Below, piece after piece: positions 13,245-27,326 of a stretch of DNA of 64,000 nt (position 1 is the first letter of the stretch; each line of letters opens with the position of its first letter). This DNA comes from the human T2T-CHM13v2.0 reference genome, Homo sapiens. The stretch is from the NCBI RefSeq assembly GCF_009914755.1, contig NC_060929.1. One strand, written 5' to 3'. Made by a program: the position numbers and the translations under genes. The notes beneath the pieces were generated by a model that had not been told where the DNA came from, did not search any database, and saw only the letters and a program-made list of their open reading frames with translations.

Positions 13245-13423
13245 TAGTTCTCAAACATGAAGGATCATCAGAACCACCTGGGGTACTTCTTAAACTACAG
13301 ACAGCTGAACCCTCCGGACCCTGTGAATCTGAAACTCTGTGGGTATTCAGGATGGAGGGGGACAAGATAAATTAGTGTATTTCTACATTTCCACAGGTTA
13401 CTCTCAGCTAGAGCTGAGAACAG
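13245..13423. mobile_element. MER5-type MITE (MER5B-like)
   Basis: GTTCTCAAAC..ATCAGAACCACCTGGGG..CTTAAA..TGAATCTGAAACTCTG. Confidence 0.65.
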
Positions 13424-14869
13424 TTATGAAGTCATCAATGAATGTTAGATCCAGAACCTGGTATGTTTTAAGATTTCAAAGCATGAATGCTGAATTAATC
13501 TCCCCAAAGGAATAGAACATTTGCACTCTCTGAGCTACCCCATAATAAAGAGATACATAAAGGTTCATATTAGGAGTATAAAAACAATTATGTCTTTTAT
13601 TCAAAGGTTGATTTTCTTTGCCAAGAAACTAAAAATGCATTTAATAAATTGCATTAACCACAGTCCTGTGATGCTGTTCCCCTAGGCAGAGTTAGGTAAG
13701 CTAGTGCTCTCTCTTCCTCCTTTCCCACTGGGTAGGAAGCTAATGTAAAGTAATTTATACAGGGCAATGCACTGCCGTTCTTCATTCTAAAGGATATTAT
13801 TCTAAACAAAGAAAAATAATTAAGCCAGCCAGCCATATTTCCTTTTGGCTAACTCCTCGTCCCTAGCCTCCCAAACACTTCCTCCCCAGACAAACAGCAA
13901 ATACATAAAGTGTTACAAGCATAGGAAAGGAAAACATGAAAACTCATTAGATGCTTATTCTCCCATGAAAGAACCTCAGTTAAGGTCTTAAATGTTAACA
14001 TTTCTGTCTTATAGTTATTGAATTGCTTTATTTCATTAAGAACAAGTGATCAAAGGGCTTTGGGCAGAGACTTTTGGGGATTGTTCTCCTTCAAAAGGAG
14101 TATTATTAATTAGTTAGCAAAATGAAATGTCCCTTCACAGTGGGATTGGGGAGTTGGTTATAGAGATCCAGGCAGGAGAAGTTCTTGAGTTTTCCCCTAC
14201 AAAGGAGAAAAAGGTAAATAAAAACCCTGGACACTGGGGAAAACAGCAGCTTCCCTTTTCTGCTTTTTGAAATTTTACTTTGAACATTCCATCAAGTTGA
14301 ACTGGCAAGTAAAAAAAAACAGTAACTTGGGTCCAAGTTAATTAAGCAACTCTGAACAGGAGCTCACAGGTTGGGAAGAATAAGGCACATGATTGGAAAC
14401 CAGTCTGGCAATACTTTACTGAGAGTCACGGAGTTCATCATGACTTTTGGACCAAAAGAGGAGAGAGAAGGAATTCTTCCATACAGCTGCAGATCTCTTT
14501 CCAAAGTGTTCTTTTTGTAATATCTCACATGGATTATTTTTCTCTTGAAAATCCAATGAATATAAAGGGATGGGAAATTTGAAATACCTGTGTTTACATA
14601 AATATATGAAGAATACCAAATATAACCATCCATGGAGGAAAGGTATTCACTTTTGCAAATGTAGGTAGTAGTTGTTAATATCTCCCAGTAGGGCACTTCT
14701 GAGAAATTTTTCCTTTAGTGGAAATACTCCTACTTTTTATTATTTGCCAGTTGACTGGTCATGGTTACTGCAGCTGTCTTTGAACAGCTGATCTGCTTAA
14801 AAATAAACCTAGCATCCTGCAGAAGCTCAGTTCATAGGATAGAATAAAGATTTCTGAATAAGTGATCAA

Positions 14870-15498
<629 letters not shown>

Positions 15499-15769
15499 TA
15501 ACCGTCCAGACAAATGAGCTATAAATAATAATAAATTGCATAGTTTTATCACCATTATTTCTCAGTTCATTTTTTTCCCCTACATCAACAGAACATAATA
15601 CTTGTAAACAACTTCCAAAATGTTAAAGTTGGACAACAGTTGGGAAAAGATTGGGAAACAGTTGGGAAAAGTTGGGAAAAATCAACATAGTAAGGCCTTG
15701 CATTCTTGCTAGTGTTTAATTGGAAATGCAGAATTTCTTCCACTGAATTCTCTTGGGGTCTAGAGATAG

Positions 15770-15968
15770 AACAGTGGTCAAAACCATGGACTCTCAGGTG
15801 AGAAAAATCCAGACTCTACTGCAAACTACATAATTTTGGGAATGCCTCATTCTCCTCATTTGTATAGTTAGGATAATAATGACATCTATTTTTTGGGATT
15901 GTTGGAGGTGGGTATTAACATGAAAACCTCTGGCCTTGTCAGCACATATGAGCATTCACCAAATTTTA
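15770..15968 (+). mobile_element. MIR
   Basis: CAGTGGTCAAAACCATGGACTCT...CCTCATTCTCCTCATTTGTA. Confidence 0.7.
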
Positions 15969-16834
15969 TTTCCCTTTCTGCTTTCATTCTAGTCTTGTTT
16001 GCAACTACTTCTTACCTCATGCTTGATAAACATAGCAGGCAGATACACTCTGCTTATTACGGCAATACACATAGATTGGACCTATGGGCCAGCATCAACC
16101 TTCAGGAACAGTATGTGGGTTCATCATTATTATTATAAGAGTAATTATTTCATTCAGCTTTCAATAATTACTTCAGTTAAAAATGCGTCATCTAAATCCT
16201 TTCTGCCATTTTTTGAGTAGAGAATATTTTTCCAAATATTTCCTCTTCTAAAATTTTAGTCATTGAGGCAAATAGACTAAAGAGACCACAGCCAAAACCA
16301 ACAACAACACCAGGAAGAAAGTGTCCATCACTCAAAAATAGAAGGAAACTTCCCCATCTTAGAGACCTTAAAATTGTCCTTGAAGATTCTTTCAAAGAGA
16401 AAAAGAAAGCACCTTCTTCATTCGGAGAGCAGGGTCAGCTCCCTTGCCCCTCTCAGCCAGACACAGAACCAGTGTGTGCTCCAGGGGAATCATGAAGATG
16501 GCGAGGTGAGCCAGATCGGAAGGTTTCCACGTGCTGGGAAGCTCTTCGCCCACTTTCTGTCTCCTCTACCCACCTGCAACAGGCAAAGTTTAGCTCCTTT
16601 AGGAACAGCTTGGAGATTCAGCTCATGATCAGGGTTTCTCAAATGGTCTTTTCACCACCAACAAAGTGACTTCATTCTTCTCCATGGAGCATTTTTCCAG
16701 AAAAGGCTTTCTTACTTTCTCTGTAAGAAGCCGAAAGGAGATTTGGGGCTTGCAGTGATGTCTTCCTTTGAAGAGTTGGGGAGAAGTGACAGCAATGAAC
16801 AGCCCTCTCTGACAGTCAGTAATCTTGGTATGTC

Positions 16835-17040
16835 CATGTATAACAGCTACCACCTATTGGACACCAGATGGGGCTACCAGTACCATATACAAGATCACAC
16901 TGGACCTTGGTAACAACCTTACAAAACAGTTACTATTACCATCTCCAGTCTACAGATGAAAAAGCAGAGGCTTAGAAAGCCCAGGTTACCTTCCTAGGGA
17001 CATACAGCCACAACTCAGCCAGGGTTTAACCACCAGTGTG
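16835..17040 (-). mobile_element. MIR
   Basis: AACAACCTTAC..TACTATTACCATCTCCAGTCTACAGATGAAAAAGCAGAGGC. Confidence 0.75.
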
Positions 17041-18025
17041 TGCCTCTTTTCTGTCTTTAAATAAACAAACACTAAAGCTTAAAAAGGGTATGCAGAGACA
17101 TGAATACATAGTAATTCTACCTGCAAGTGGCTCTCAGTTTCTCCATCAGGTCCCTCCTGGCCTGACATTTCAGAAAAAGGTTTTGATGCCGGGTATTGAC
17201 TTAGCGACCTGAACAACGGGCTACTTTTGAGGAAGTAGCTTCATACTAATAAATTATTAACATCAAGAGTCCTCTTCAATATGCCTGGTGTGTCTGTAAT
17301 TGGTTTGTCAGAAGGTTTTTATGGGGGAAATCCTACACTGTACACACTGCACCCTCCCTGCACAGCCTTGGCCTCCAGTGGGTGACAGACGCTTCTGACC
17401 ATTCCCCACCTTTTCTAAAGACCCTTTAACAAGGTCCCTGTACTTGGATTCCACCATCCGTTAGATGTCTGCAATGCTCTGCCACTGTCTCATCACAGGG
17501 CAGGAGGCTAGGTGAGAAGTGGGTATTTCTGGTTAACATTAGGCAAACAGATGTGATTCTACACTAGGTGCATTACTTGGCTCCTTAGTGGCATCATGGC
17601 AGCTCTGAAGCCACATGATATTTCTCAGTAACAACTGTCCAGATGAGCAAATGTCCCTAGATCTCTCTTGGGGACAGAGCTAACGTAGCAGCGGACTTCA
17701 TCCTCCTTCATTCAGGCCTTTATGGTCCTCTCCTTGTCTCTGCCTCTGTGTGGCTTATTTGGAAGAGGATGAAAGGACTTACTAGTAAAGAGGGAATGAG
17801 AAGGACATATTTATTAGCTGTGGCCAGCTAAAGCCTTACTAAGGACGCTTGTGGTGGGTTTGAGAACCTGGAATGGAGAATCTCAGTTGACACCGCTTTG
17901 TTGTTCTGCTTCTGCTAATGGCATTTGCTGCCCTGGTTTTGTGGAAGCATCCTGGACCTCAATTGCCTCAAAGGTAGTAGAAAAGGGCATGGAAAATGGT
18001 AAAAAACTACAAAAAGAAACAGTTT

Positions 18026-18109
18026 ACAGCATCATGCAATATGCTTATGTAACAAACCTGCACAGGTACTCCCTGAATCTAAATCTTTTTAATGTAAAAA
18101 AAATAAAAG
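18026..18109 (+). mobile_element. very short 5'-truncated L1 (L1PB-like) 3' end
   Basis: CATCATGCAATATGCTTATGTAACAAACCTGCACAGGTACTCCCTGAATCTAAA plus A-rich tail. Confidence 0.75.
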
Positions 18110-18689
18110 AAACTGAGTTTGGAAATAATGCATTAAAATTGGTTTGAAATCATAATGTTAAAATGTATGTTACCACCCCATGTATGCACTGGGGACCTGT
18201 AGGAGCACACAGGCTGCATGAACATATATGAAATATGCATGTGAAGTCATCATCCTATGGCTCACTATGCACCTGTCACATCCAAGACTAGAAGCTTAAA
18301 GTCAAGTAGCAATCAAAGTTATCCAAAATGTGTGTCAAATAAGTGCGAAGAGCAGAGACAGGCCCAAGTGTCTCTGAAGTGGTCAGAGGAAGTGAAACTT
18401 GATTTGAGGCTTGAAGGAAGGGAGCTCACAGAATGTAGAGAAAGAACAGGGTAAGGCAAGCAGGGACCAAGAGATAGCAAAAGCTCAGGGCCTGAGAATC
18501 GATAGGATAGAGTGATACATGGGATGGCCCTGGAATGACTGAACCGTCCTGTGGACCTGAGTCTCTGCCACCTTGGCATTGTCTTAGTACCTTCTTAGAA
18601 TCCCAGAAATTGATCTAGAAGGCGCCTCAGAGATTATAGTGCAACCCTCTCCCCCTCTGGGGACAGAAGGCTGGATATGCATTGCTTAG

Positions 18690-21150
18690 GATCCCACTCC
18701 ACGCTGGATCCTGGCCTAGCCACTGATTGGCTGTGAAACTGACCAATCACTTCCTCACTACGGACCTCCTTCTCTTTCTGAGAAACAAGAGAAATTATTG
18801 ACTGCCTCAAAGCATGGGTGTGAAGATTCAGTAGGATGCCACAGGTAATTCCATAGTATGCCCGGTAATGACACAATAAATGATTATTATTGTTCTCATC
18901 ATTATTACTTTCTTGACAGTGAAACCCAGGCTGAAGGAAATTAAATAGCTTGCTGGGGTTACCCAAATTAGAGGCTGTGTCAGGCCTACAACCTGGGTCT
19001 CCTAAGAGCCAGCCGGATATTCCACCTCTAGGGAGAAATAGAATTTGTGGTGGGAAGTAGAGGTGCATATTGATAAGAGACAAAATTTGGTGCCAAAGGG
19101 CTCCACCCCTTAGGAATAACACAACTGCACAAATTACCTAATCTCTCTTGGCTTCATCTTCCACGCCTGAAAATTGGAGATGCTGTCATCTGCCTCACAG
19201 AAAGGGTGAGGGTTCACTGATGTGAGACCTGGGAGGGGCTAGCAGGCAGCCAGGCACACAGAAAGAGCTGGATCCATGGACCACTTACTAATTCATCTCA
19301 GGACAAGCAGACAAGATCCCTCTGGCCCCAGGTGTGGCATTTGCATGAAAAAATGGGATCTTGAATTTATTATTTGGCAGAAGGTTGCTTCATAGCATAA
19401 TTGGAGACAGCCCACAAAGGTGGTAAAACGAATGCTGACCTGCTGCCTGAGAAGCCTTCAACCTGGGCATCCCCTTGAAAGAGCCAGGTAAACATGCATG
19501 TCCTGGAGACAAAGAAGCTTTCCTCAGAAAGGCTCTGAAAGCTGCCCTGCAGGCCCACCATATCCCTTGAGATGTACCCAGAGAGGGAGGGAGAGATGGC
19601 CATCCCATTGTGCCGCTGCCCCTAGCTGCTCTGGGCATGCCACAGCACATTCACCTCTTCCTAGCTTTCTGTTTTTGCTGATTCTGGAGAAGAAGCCAAG
19701 TAAACTCAATATTTATGGAGCACCTTCTATATGCTGAGTGCTGTGCTTACCCATATATCCTTGTGACCCACCGAGGATAAGAACTAGAAAGCATCCACAG
19801 TCCCCTCAGCACCACCAGCCTGGATCATGAGGGATGATTCATTACTTCATGAATGACAGCTACTTCATAGATATCTGAAATGTGCCAAACAATGAGCTAA
19901 AGTACTTCTTAGGCATCATTTTGATGAATCCTTACAGCGTCCTAGTGAAGTTGGCCCTATTATTATATGTGAGGCTCAAAGGGGTGAGATAGCTTATGGC
20001 CATAGAGTTAGTAGGTGGTGAAAATGCGTATGCACTCAGGCCCCAGAGTCCACTTAATTAACCAGATCAGAAGGCTAGGTGAGCTAGGTAACAAAGTGAG
20101 GGCAAGGAGTGGGGCTTCTCTGTCTCTTGATCAGCTCCTGGGTAGCATTAGGGCTGAAGGGTTGATGCCACATAGCTCTTTGGAACAGGAGCCTGGCAAC
20201 AGAAGAAGAAGGAATCTAGAGTGACAGCCCTTGCTCCAAGAACTCCCTCTGGGCCTCTGCTCTTCCACACCCCAGTCCAGCCATCTGCTTGAGTGGTTCC
20301 ACCCAGGCCAGGTGCTCTAGAATCAGACAATCTCTGTTTGGGTGCTTCCTGGCCCAGTGACCCTGGACAGGTCCCTTAGCTTCTCTGAGCTTCAGTTTGG
20401 TTCACTACAGGAGGAAATGGGATTACCCAATTCCTGAAGAGCCTAAGGATTAAATGGGTTCACACGTGTATAACAGTATCTGCCACACAGTAAGCTCTCA
20501 ATGAACATGAACTTTCTCAGCTCTCTGAGAACGCGCCAAACCATCCATCTTAATCCAAAAGATGCTGGCTGCCCTCTGAGCCAGGACTTACTGTAATTAT
20601 TCACTTCTGCCTCCCTCTTGGGATTGAGCAGAGACCTGATACATTAATTTAATTCAATAGTGTGGGCTCTAGGACCAGAATGTCTGGATTCAAATCCAGT
20701 CATCATCACTTACTGCCTGTGTGATCTTGAGCAAGTTACTTGAATTCTCTGAGCCTTGGTTTCCTTATCTGTAAAAGGGGATAGTAATGGTGCATATGTT
20801 TAACATTTATTGAGCACTTATTTTGTGCCAGACACTTTGCCAATTGCTTTACAAAAAAGAAAAAGAAAAAGAAAAAGAAAACCCACAGTGATAAAACAGA
20901 TGTTTCTGCAATAGCTTCTGTGTGTTAGACTCAGCACTAGATGCTGGGGACACTCTAGTGAGTAAGACTGACCTGGACCTAGCCTCCTGGAGGTCACAGT
21001 ATCCACTGGGGAAGATCTACACACCAGTAAGCCAATAAATAAATCTAACATTCCACATTGTAGTACATTGTAGTACAGTCCAAGGAGAAAATGAACATGG
21101 TTTGGTGATAGAGAATGGGTAGGACCTACTTTGTGAAGGTCAGGAAGTTT
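18690..21150. mobile_element. cluster of about six MIR fragments on both strands and an antisense L2 (~20800-21145)
   Basis: MIR cores near 18700, 18910, 19140, 19860, 20320 and 20660 (e.g. TCTGAGCCTTGGTTTCCTTATCTGTAAAAGGGG); L2 CCTAGCCTCCTGGAGGTCACAGT. Confidence 0.7.
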
Positions 21151-21164
21151 GTGAAGTCTGGAAA

Positions 21165-21378
21165 ATCCTGCATACTACAGTTCCCTGTTAGAAATTCATA
21201 ATGTTCATTAACATATTAAAGACATGAGAAATCTTCAGCAAGGAAATGACAAAGCCAGTTAATTTTGTGTAACCTAGATATTTTTCAATTGTTTTGACTA
21301 TAGACTATATTTCCCAGCAGAAGATCTTTTAATCATCTTTTAAAAATTAGTGTTCTACCAAACACATTTCAGGGACTT
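21165..21378. mobile_element. MER103-type hAT-Charlie element
   Basis: AAATTCATAATGTTCATTAACATATTAAAG...TAGTGTTCTACCAAACACATTT. Confidence 0.65.
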
Positions 21379-22089
21379 GAAATCAGCTAATATTTCTCTG
21401 TAATTAGGTGTTTTTGGCAGCCTCAGGTAGGAATCTTTCATTTGGTTATTCTTTAGACTAGAATGACAATACTGCTGGTGAAAAATGTGTTTCCAGGTGT
21501 CGCATTCATCCTATTTTTCTTCAGTGTTATTGATTCCTTCTCTCTCTTTGAAATTTTCTTAGTACATTTCTTCATATCTCTCTGTTAACAAAGTGGTTTT
21601 CACCCTGACTTTTTGCAGAGGGATGAAAAAACATTCTCTTCAAGGAGCAATGAATTCAGGTGAGTTATGCAGCGGGCAGCACAGCATGGAGCCTTGGCAG
21701 CATTTTCCTGGGGCCAGCCCAAGGCATCCGTACCTGTGTGGTGAGAGCAAATGTCCTCTTTAGAATTCAGGAGTAACAATGAGGCTGCCATGCCAGCTGG
21801 CAGAGATGTCCTGGGCATACCTGGCCAACACCAGCAAGTAAAAAGAGCTGTAAAGCTCAGTATGACTCTCCCAAATAAATGAGGCTAATCCACTGCCACT
21901 AAATATCAGGATAGAGCACAGAGAAGGCAAAAGGTGACATTGGAGCACAAAGAGATGGCCTTGTGCACAAAATAATTCATATTTCAACCTTGAGAGAGAG
22001 TTAGAAAGTCTACCATTGCGCCTACCATTGAGAAGGCTCAAAATGCAGGCATTTCCTGAAATTAAATTGCAAATATTTTATAAACTTGG

Positions 22090-22260
22090 GAGCCATATGG
22101 GCTTGCCTTTGAATCCTGACTGGCACCATGCTAGCTGTATAACCTTACTTACCTGCTCTATGCCTCAGTTTCCTCATCCATCAAGTGGGGATATTGCCAC
22201 AAATCTCATTATGAGGATGACATGGGAAGGTGGCAACAGTACAACAGCAGGCACTTAGAA
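22090..22260 (+). mobile_element. MIR
   Basis: TTTGAATCCTG...CTCTATGCCTCAGTTTCCTCATC. Confidence 0.75.
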
Positions 22261-22284
22261 GGGAGTTTTGAAACACCATTTTTG

Positions 22285-22617
<333 letters not shown>

Positions 22618-23116
22618 TCACACTCAGCTGTTAACACCATAGGATGAGTTGTTCATGAGATCAATCCTATCAGAAAGCTTGGGGTTGGGGGGCATGCAGT
22701 TGTGAGGAATAGAAAAAAGAATTGAAAAAGTGTAGGAGTGCCAGAAATGTCAGTAGCTTGGGCACTCCAAGGCCTGCAAACCATTGGCTGCAAACTCTAA
22801 AGTGTGGGAGGCTTGTTGGCACACAGAGAAGGAAATTAGTGCAGAGGGGCTCCCTGGCATCATGGCTCAGAGCAAGATGCGGGCCTGCAACATACAGTGA
22901 CAGCCAAGAGCCAGCTGTGTGATTTTGGCAGTGATGTTCCTCTCTGTATGCCAAGTGGGCACCTGGTCAATGGAACACTCCTTTCTGAGGATGCCATGAT
23001 CATTTGCCATAGAGAAATGCACAGCACAGAATTTTAAATAATCCACCTTACTCAACTTCCTCAATCGACAGGTAGGGAAACTGAGTTATGGGAGAAAGAC
23101 TGTCTTATTCGGTGGG

Positions 23117-23535
23117 TGATATAGTTTGGAAGTTGTTCCCACCCAAATCTCATGTTGAAATGTAATCCCCAATGTTGGAGGTGGGGTCTGGTGAAAGGTA
23201 ATGGGAACAGGGGGTTAGATTTCTCATGAATGGTTTAGTACCATCCTCTTGGTACTATCTTCATGATAGTGAGTGAGCTCTTGCGAGATCTGGTTGTTTA
23301 AAAGTGTGTGGCACCTCCCCCTTCTCTCTCTTACTGCTGCTCCCACTGTGCGTGATGCCTGGTCCCCTTCATCTTCCACCATGAGCGGAAGCTTCCTGAA
23401 GCCTCCCCAGAGGCACATGCCACTGTTACCCTTCCTGTACAACCTGCAGAACCGCGAGTCAATTAATCCTTTTTTCTTTATAAGTTACCCAGTCTCAGGT
23501 ATTTCTTTATAGCAATGCAAGAATGGCCTAATACA
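23117..23535 (+). mobile_element. MST (MSTA-like) MaLR solo LTR
   Basis: TGATATAGTTTGG...CCCAAATCTCATGTTGAAATGTAATCCCC...CTAATACA, with perfect TSD GTGGG. Confidence 0.93.
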
Positions 23536-23714
23536 GTGGGAAAGTATGATCTAAGAAACCTGTTTGCTTAACTCCCAGTTTCTTCTTTCCACTTGATCTA
23601 ATACTACACACTAGGAAAAATAGTCCTGAATGTCTTAGTACCTGGCACAATGCACAGGGACAGCCTGTATATTTGAACAGAAGAATTAAGAAGCCATTTT
23701 GGAGACATCTTTTA

Positions 23715-23940
23715 TTCTTCCTCATTATTCCTCCTTCCTTTTGGCTTTTTTGGAACATGGTAATGGTACAGCCACCATCTTGCGACCATGAGGATACCCT
23801 GAAGATGCAGCCCGGCACCAAGGAGGCACAGCAGAAAAGAGGAGGAGGCTGGGCCGTAGAAGGCATCACAGAGCCATCATAATAGTCTGGACTGTCAACT
23901 CGAGGCTTATTTTATATGAGAAAAAAGTCTCTAGTTTACT
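23715..23940 (+). mobile_element. MLT1 LTR fragment
   Basis: CAGCCACCATCTTGCGACCATGAGG...CTGGACTG..TTATATGAGAAAAA. Confidence 0.7.
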
Positions 23941-24009
23941 CTGAATGTGTGTGTGTGTTTATGTGTGTGCAATGTAGACTGATGTGAGACATGTATTGCA
24001 TAAACTGAT

Positions 24010-24380
24010 GTCACCTTCAAATCCTAGCTCTGCAAGACTTTAAACAACTAGTTAATTTTTTCTCTGGAGCTTCTATTTCTTGATAACAATATAAATAATA
24101 ATTGTCATAAATTAGACACTCTGAGCCAGAAGCTGTGCTACCTACTTTCCATGCATCACAGAGTAGGTGCCACCTCCATTGTACACATGAGGAAACTGAG
24201 GCGGATATTGGCAAGTAACTTGGGTGAGCAGGGATTCAGACCCAGGATTATCTGATTCTGGATGCTCTACACCTGCCCAAGGAAAACGGATAGACAGTAT
24301 CTACCTCATAGATTTGTTGGGAGGGCTGTGTACCAAATGGCATGTAGAAAGCACTCATTAAATGGTGGATAGTATAATAA
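24010..24380. mobile_element. nested MIR fragments
   Basis: TTCAAATCCTAGCTCTGC (+), ATGAGGAAACTGAGGC (-) and TACCTCATAGATTTGTTG (+). Confidence 0.65.
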
Positions 24381-24842
24381 TTCTTAGATAAATAATGAGA
24401 AATAAGAATTATACAATTTATATAATTATAGAATTATAGAGAATTATGCAATTCTATTAAATAGCAATTATAAATAAATTATTAGATAAGGTTATATTTC
24501 TTAGTTTTCATTTTATTTGTTGGTTTTGTTTGTTTGATTTGTCAGACATTGTAAAAATTTATGGAAGAAAAGGAGCAATCCCAAGAGGTCAAGAAAAAAA
24601 ACTAGGGTGAGAGGGAAAGTTTTCCTTTGCCATTCCTGGCAGTGGCCAATTATCGATAGAAAATAATTAGAAACCCATATTTTCTATTGTATCTGGAGGC
24701 CACCTAAAATGGGCCCTGGACTTGGAATAGCAGGAAATGAGCTCTAGTACTGTATGTATTAGTAGCTCACTATGTGACCCTAGGCAAACTCCATTCATTT
24801 TCTGAATCCCAGTTCTCCCCTCCATTAAAGGAGGTGGCTTCA

Positions 24843-24932
24843 TTAAACATTGTACACATGTAGAAAAAAAATTACACTGTACCCTGTAAATATGTGCAAT
24901 TATTATGTGTCAATTAAAAATAATAATAAAAA
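24843..24932 (+). mobile_element. short L1MA 3' end
   Basis: CACTGTACCCTGTAAATATGTGCAATTATTATGTGTCAATTAAAAATAA. Confidence 0.7.
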
Positions 24933-26074
24933 GAGAGATAGAATACATTTAATATTAAAACTGAGAGGAGAAAAAGGGAGGGGAGGGAAAAGAAGGGTGG
25001 AGGTTGATAGAATACATTTTGCATGAAAGTATTTTCCAAGTACTTGAAGTTGATAGTTACCGTTCAAATTCACTTATAGTATGGAAGGCAAAACCATGTG
25101 AATGAACACAAATACCAACAATAACACAACTAATAATGACTTTCTAAAAAGTAGATGTTTGGATTGGATTGGCTTTAAGGGTCATTTCCAGTTGCTTTTC
25201 TGAGAATTTCAAGTTCATACAGAATGGGCATACCCCCTACAGAGTATTTATTAATGAAGTTTTCATATTTAGTCATTTTCAGACACTACATGTTCATTTT
25301 CAAAGCATCTGTTAATTTCAAGACCACTACTGATGACATATGTTAATTTTAGCATCTTATCATCAAATCATTTTCTCTTAAGATATACACTACAGTTACT
25401 TCTTTAAAAGTTCTTTTTAAGACATTGGAATTAAGGAGGAAAATGTACAAATAAAATCAAAATATCAATAATCCTCAAATCTGACTTTCTTTCCACATTA
25501 TGTTTTGTTCAGTTTACTGTTAAAAATGAGTTTGTATTTCCTGTCTGACAGCAACAGGAGGTGTTACAAGCTTCCAGGATAAAAAGAAAGCAGCCCAAAT
25601 TACTTATGTGTTCTTAGACGTGCCATGAAGTCCCTTGAGTGACTCTGGCTGTACTAATAAAGGCTGCATCCTGTACTCCTCTGGCCCATTATGCATTCCA
25701 AGATCCCAAAGCTTCCAAGCTGTCAGCAATGAAAATACTTGTGACAGCGATTCAAAGACAGTCTTGGGGAAGATTCCTATCTAGAAGATTGCAGGGAATT
25801 GGTATTATATTCTCAGCACCTAGCCCTACATGCCCATCAGCACCCAGAGAGTAGAACAAGAACCCATGATCAAAGATAGTTAGGAAAACATAAGGAAGAA
25901 CTTCCTAATGACCAGGCACTTACAGGTGGTGACCTCCTTGTCACTGTAAGAAGGCAAGTTAATGTTAGGTAACCTCTTAATGGTAAGGCCAGGAGATAAA
26001 ACTTTAGGTGGAGGGTTTGGCCTTCATAAATGTCACCTTCCCTTCCACCAATGCTCTTGACTAGAAATGCTAGC

Positions 26075-26560
26075 TTTTTGTTTGTTTGTTTTTTGCACTG
26101 TTATTAACTAAACACTGTAAACACCAGGCTTTACTTGGATTTCATTACTTTTTTCAGTAGATGACCTCTTTCTGTTACAGGAGCAAATTCAAGAAACCAC
26201 ATTGCACTTAGTTGTGTCTCCTTTGTCTGGAATCTGTGTCTTTCTTTACTCTTTCTTTTTGTGATGTCGGCAATCTTGAAGATTACTGGCCAGGTATCCT
26301 GTAGAAATCTTCCAATCTGGATTTGGCTGATGTTTTCCTCATTATTGGACTGGTGATATGGGTTTATTTAAAAGATTATATAGAGGTAAAGTTACATTAT
26401 ATTAGAGGGTACAATGCAACCACATGATATCAGTGATGATTTTAACCTTTATCATTGGTGGTGCTTGTCAGATTTCTTCACTGTGAATTTACTATTTTTA
26501 CCTTTCTCTCTATTCTTTAAATATGTCACTAAGTTTGGCCTACCCTCAGGAGGCAGGGCA
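26075..26560 (-). mobile_element. L1MC-type 3'UTR fragment
   Basis: CTTTCTGTTACAGGAGCAAATTCAAGAAACCACATTGCACTTAGTTGT. Confidence 0.7.
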
Positions 26561-26954
26561 TAAACTAAGCTATGAGCTTAATGGTATTGTTCTAAATTGT
26601 ATTTTCGAATTGTTTTTTTTCTTGGTATTTAAAACTATAATTGATTTTTGCATATTGACCTTGTATGTGACAATCTTGCTAATTTACTTATTAATTATTT
26701 TCGTGGATTCTTCTGAGATTTCTATGTACAAAATCATATCTACTGTGAAAAATGATAATTTTACTTCTTCCTTTCCAATCCTTATACATTTATATTTCTT
26801 CCTGCCCTATTACATAGACTATGCCTTTTAGTATAATAAGAAATTGATGGTAGGTATAGAAAGCACCATTGTCTCATTCTCAATCTTGGAGGAAAAGTTT
26901 TCAACATTTTACCAGTAAGTATGTAAATAAAACTTGTGTTACTTAGAAAGTGCC

Positions 26955-27326
26955 TGTATTAGTCTGTTCTCACTCTGCTGATAAAGACATACCTGAGATT
27001 GGGCAATTTACAAAGGAAAGAGGTTTAATGGAGCTCTCACAGTTCCACGTGGCTGGGGAAGCCTCAGAATCATGGTGGAAGGCAAGGAGTATCAAGTCAC
27101 ATCTTACGTGGATGGCAGCAGGCAAAAAAAGGGCTTATGCAGAGAAACTCCCATTTTTAAAACCACCAGATCTTGTGAGATTCATTCACTATCACAAGAA
27201 CAGCCCAGGAAAGACTCGCCCCCATAATTTAATCACCTCCCACCAGGTTCCTCTCATGACATGTCGGAATTGTGGAAGTTAGAATTCAAGATGAGATTTG
27301 GTTGGGGACACAGCCAAACCACATCA
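26955..27326 (-). mobile_element. THE1B-like solo LTR
   Basis: TGTATTAGTCTGTTCTCACTCTGCTGATAAAGACATACC...GACACAGCCAAACCACATCA. Confidence 0.92.

Noticed and set aside
18634-19122. 162-aa minus-strand ORF
   Set aside because: Runs through MIR fragments; no recognisable domain or splice context.
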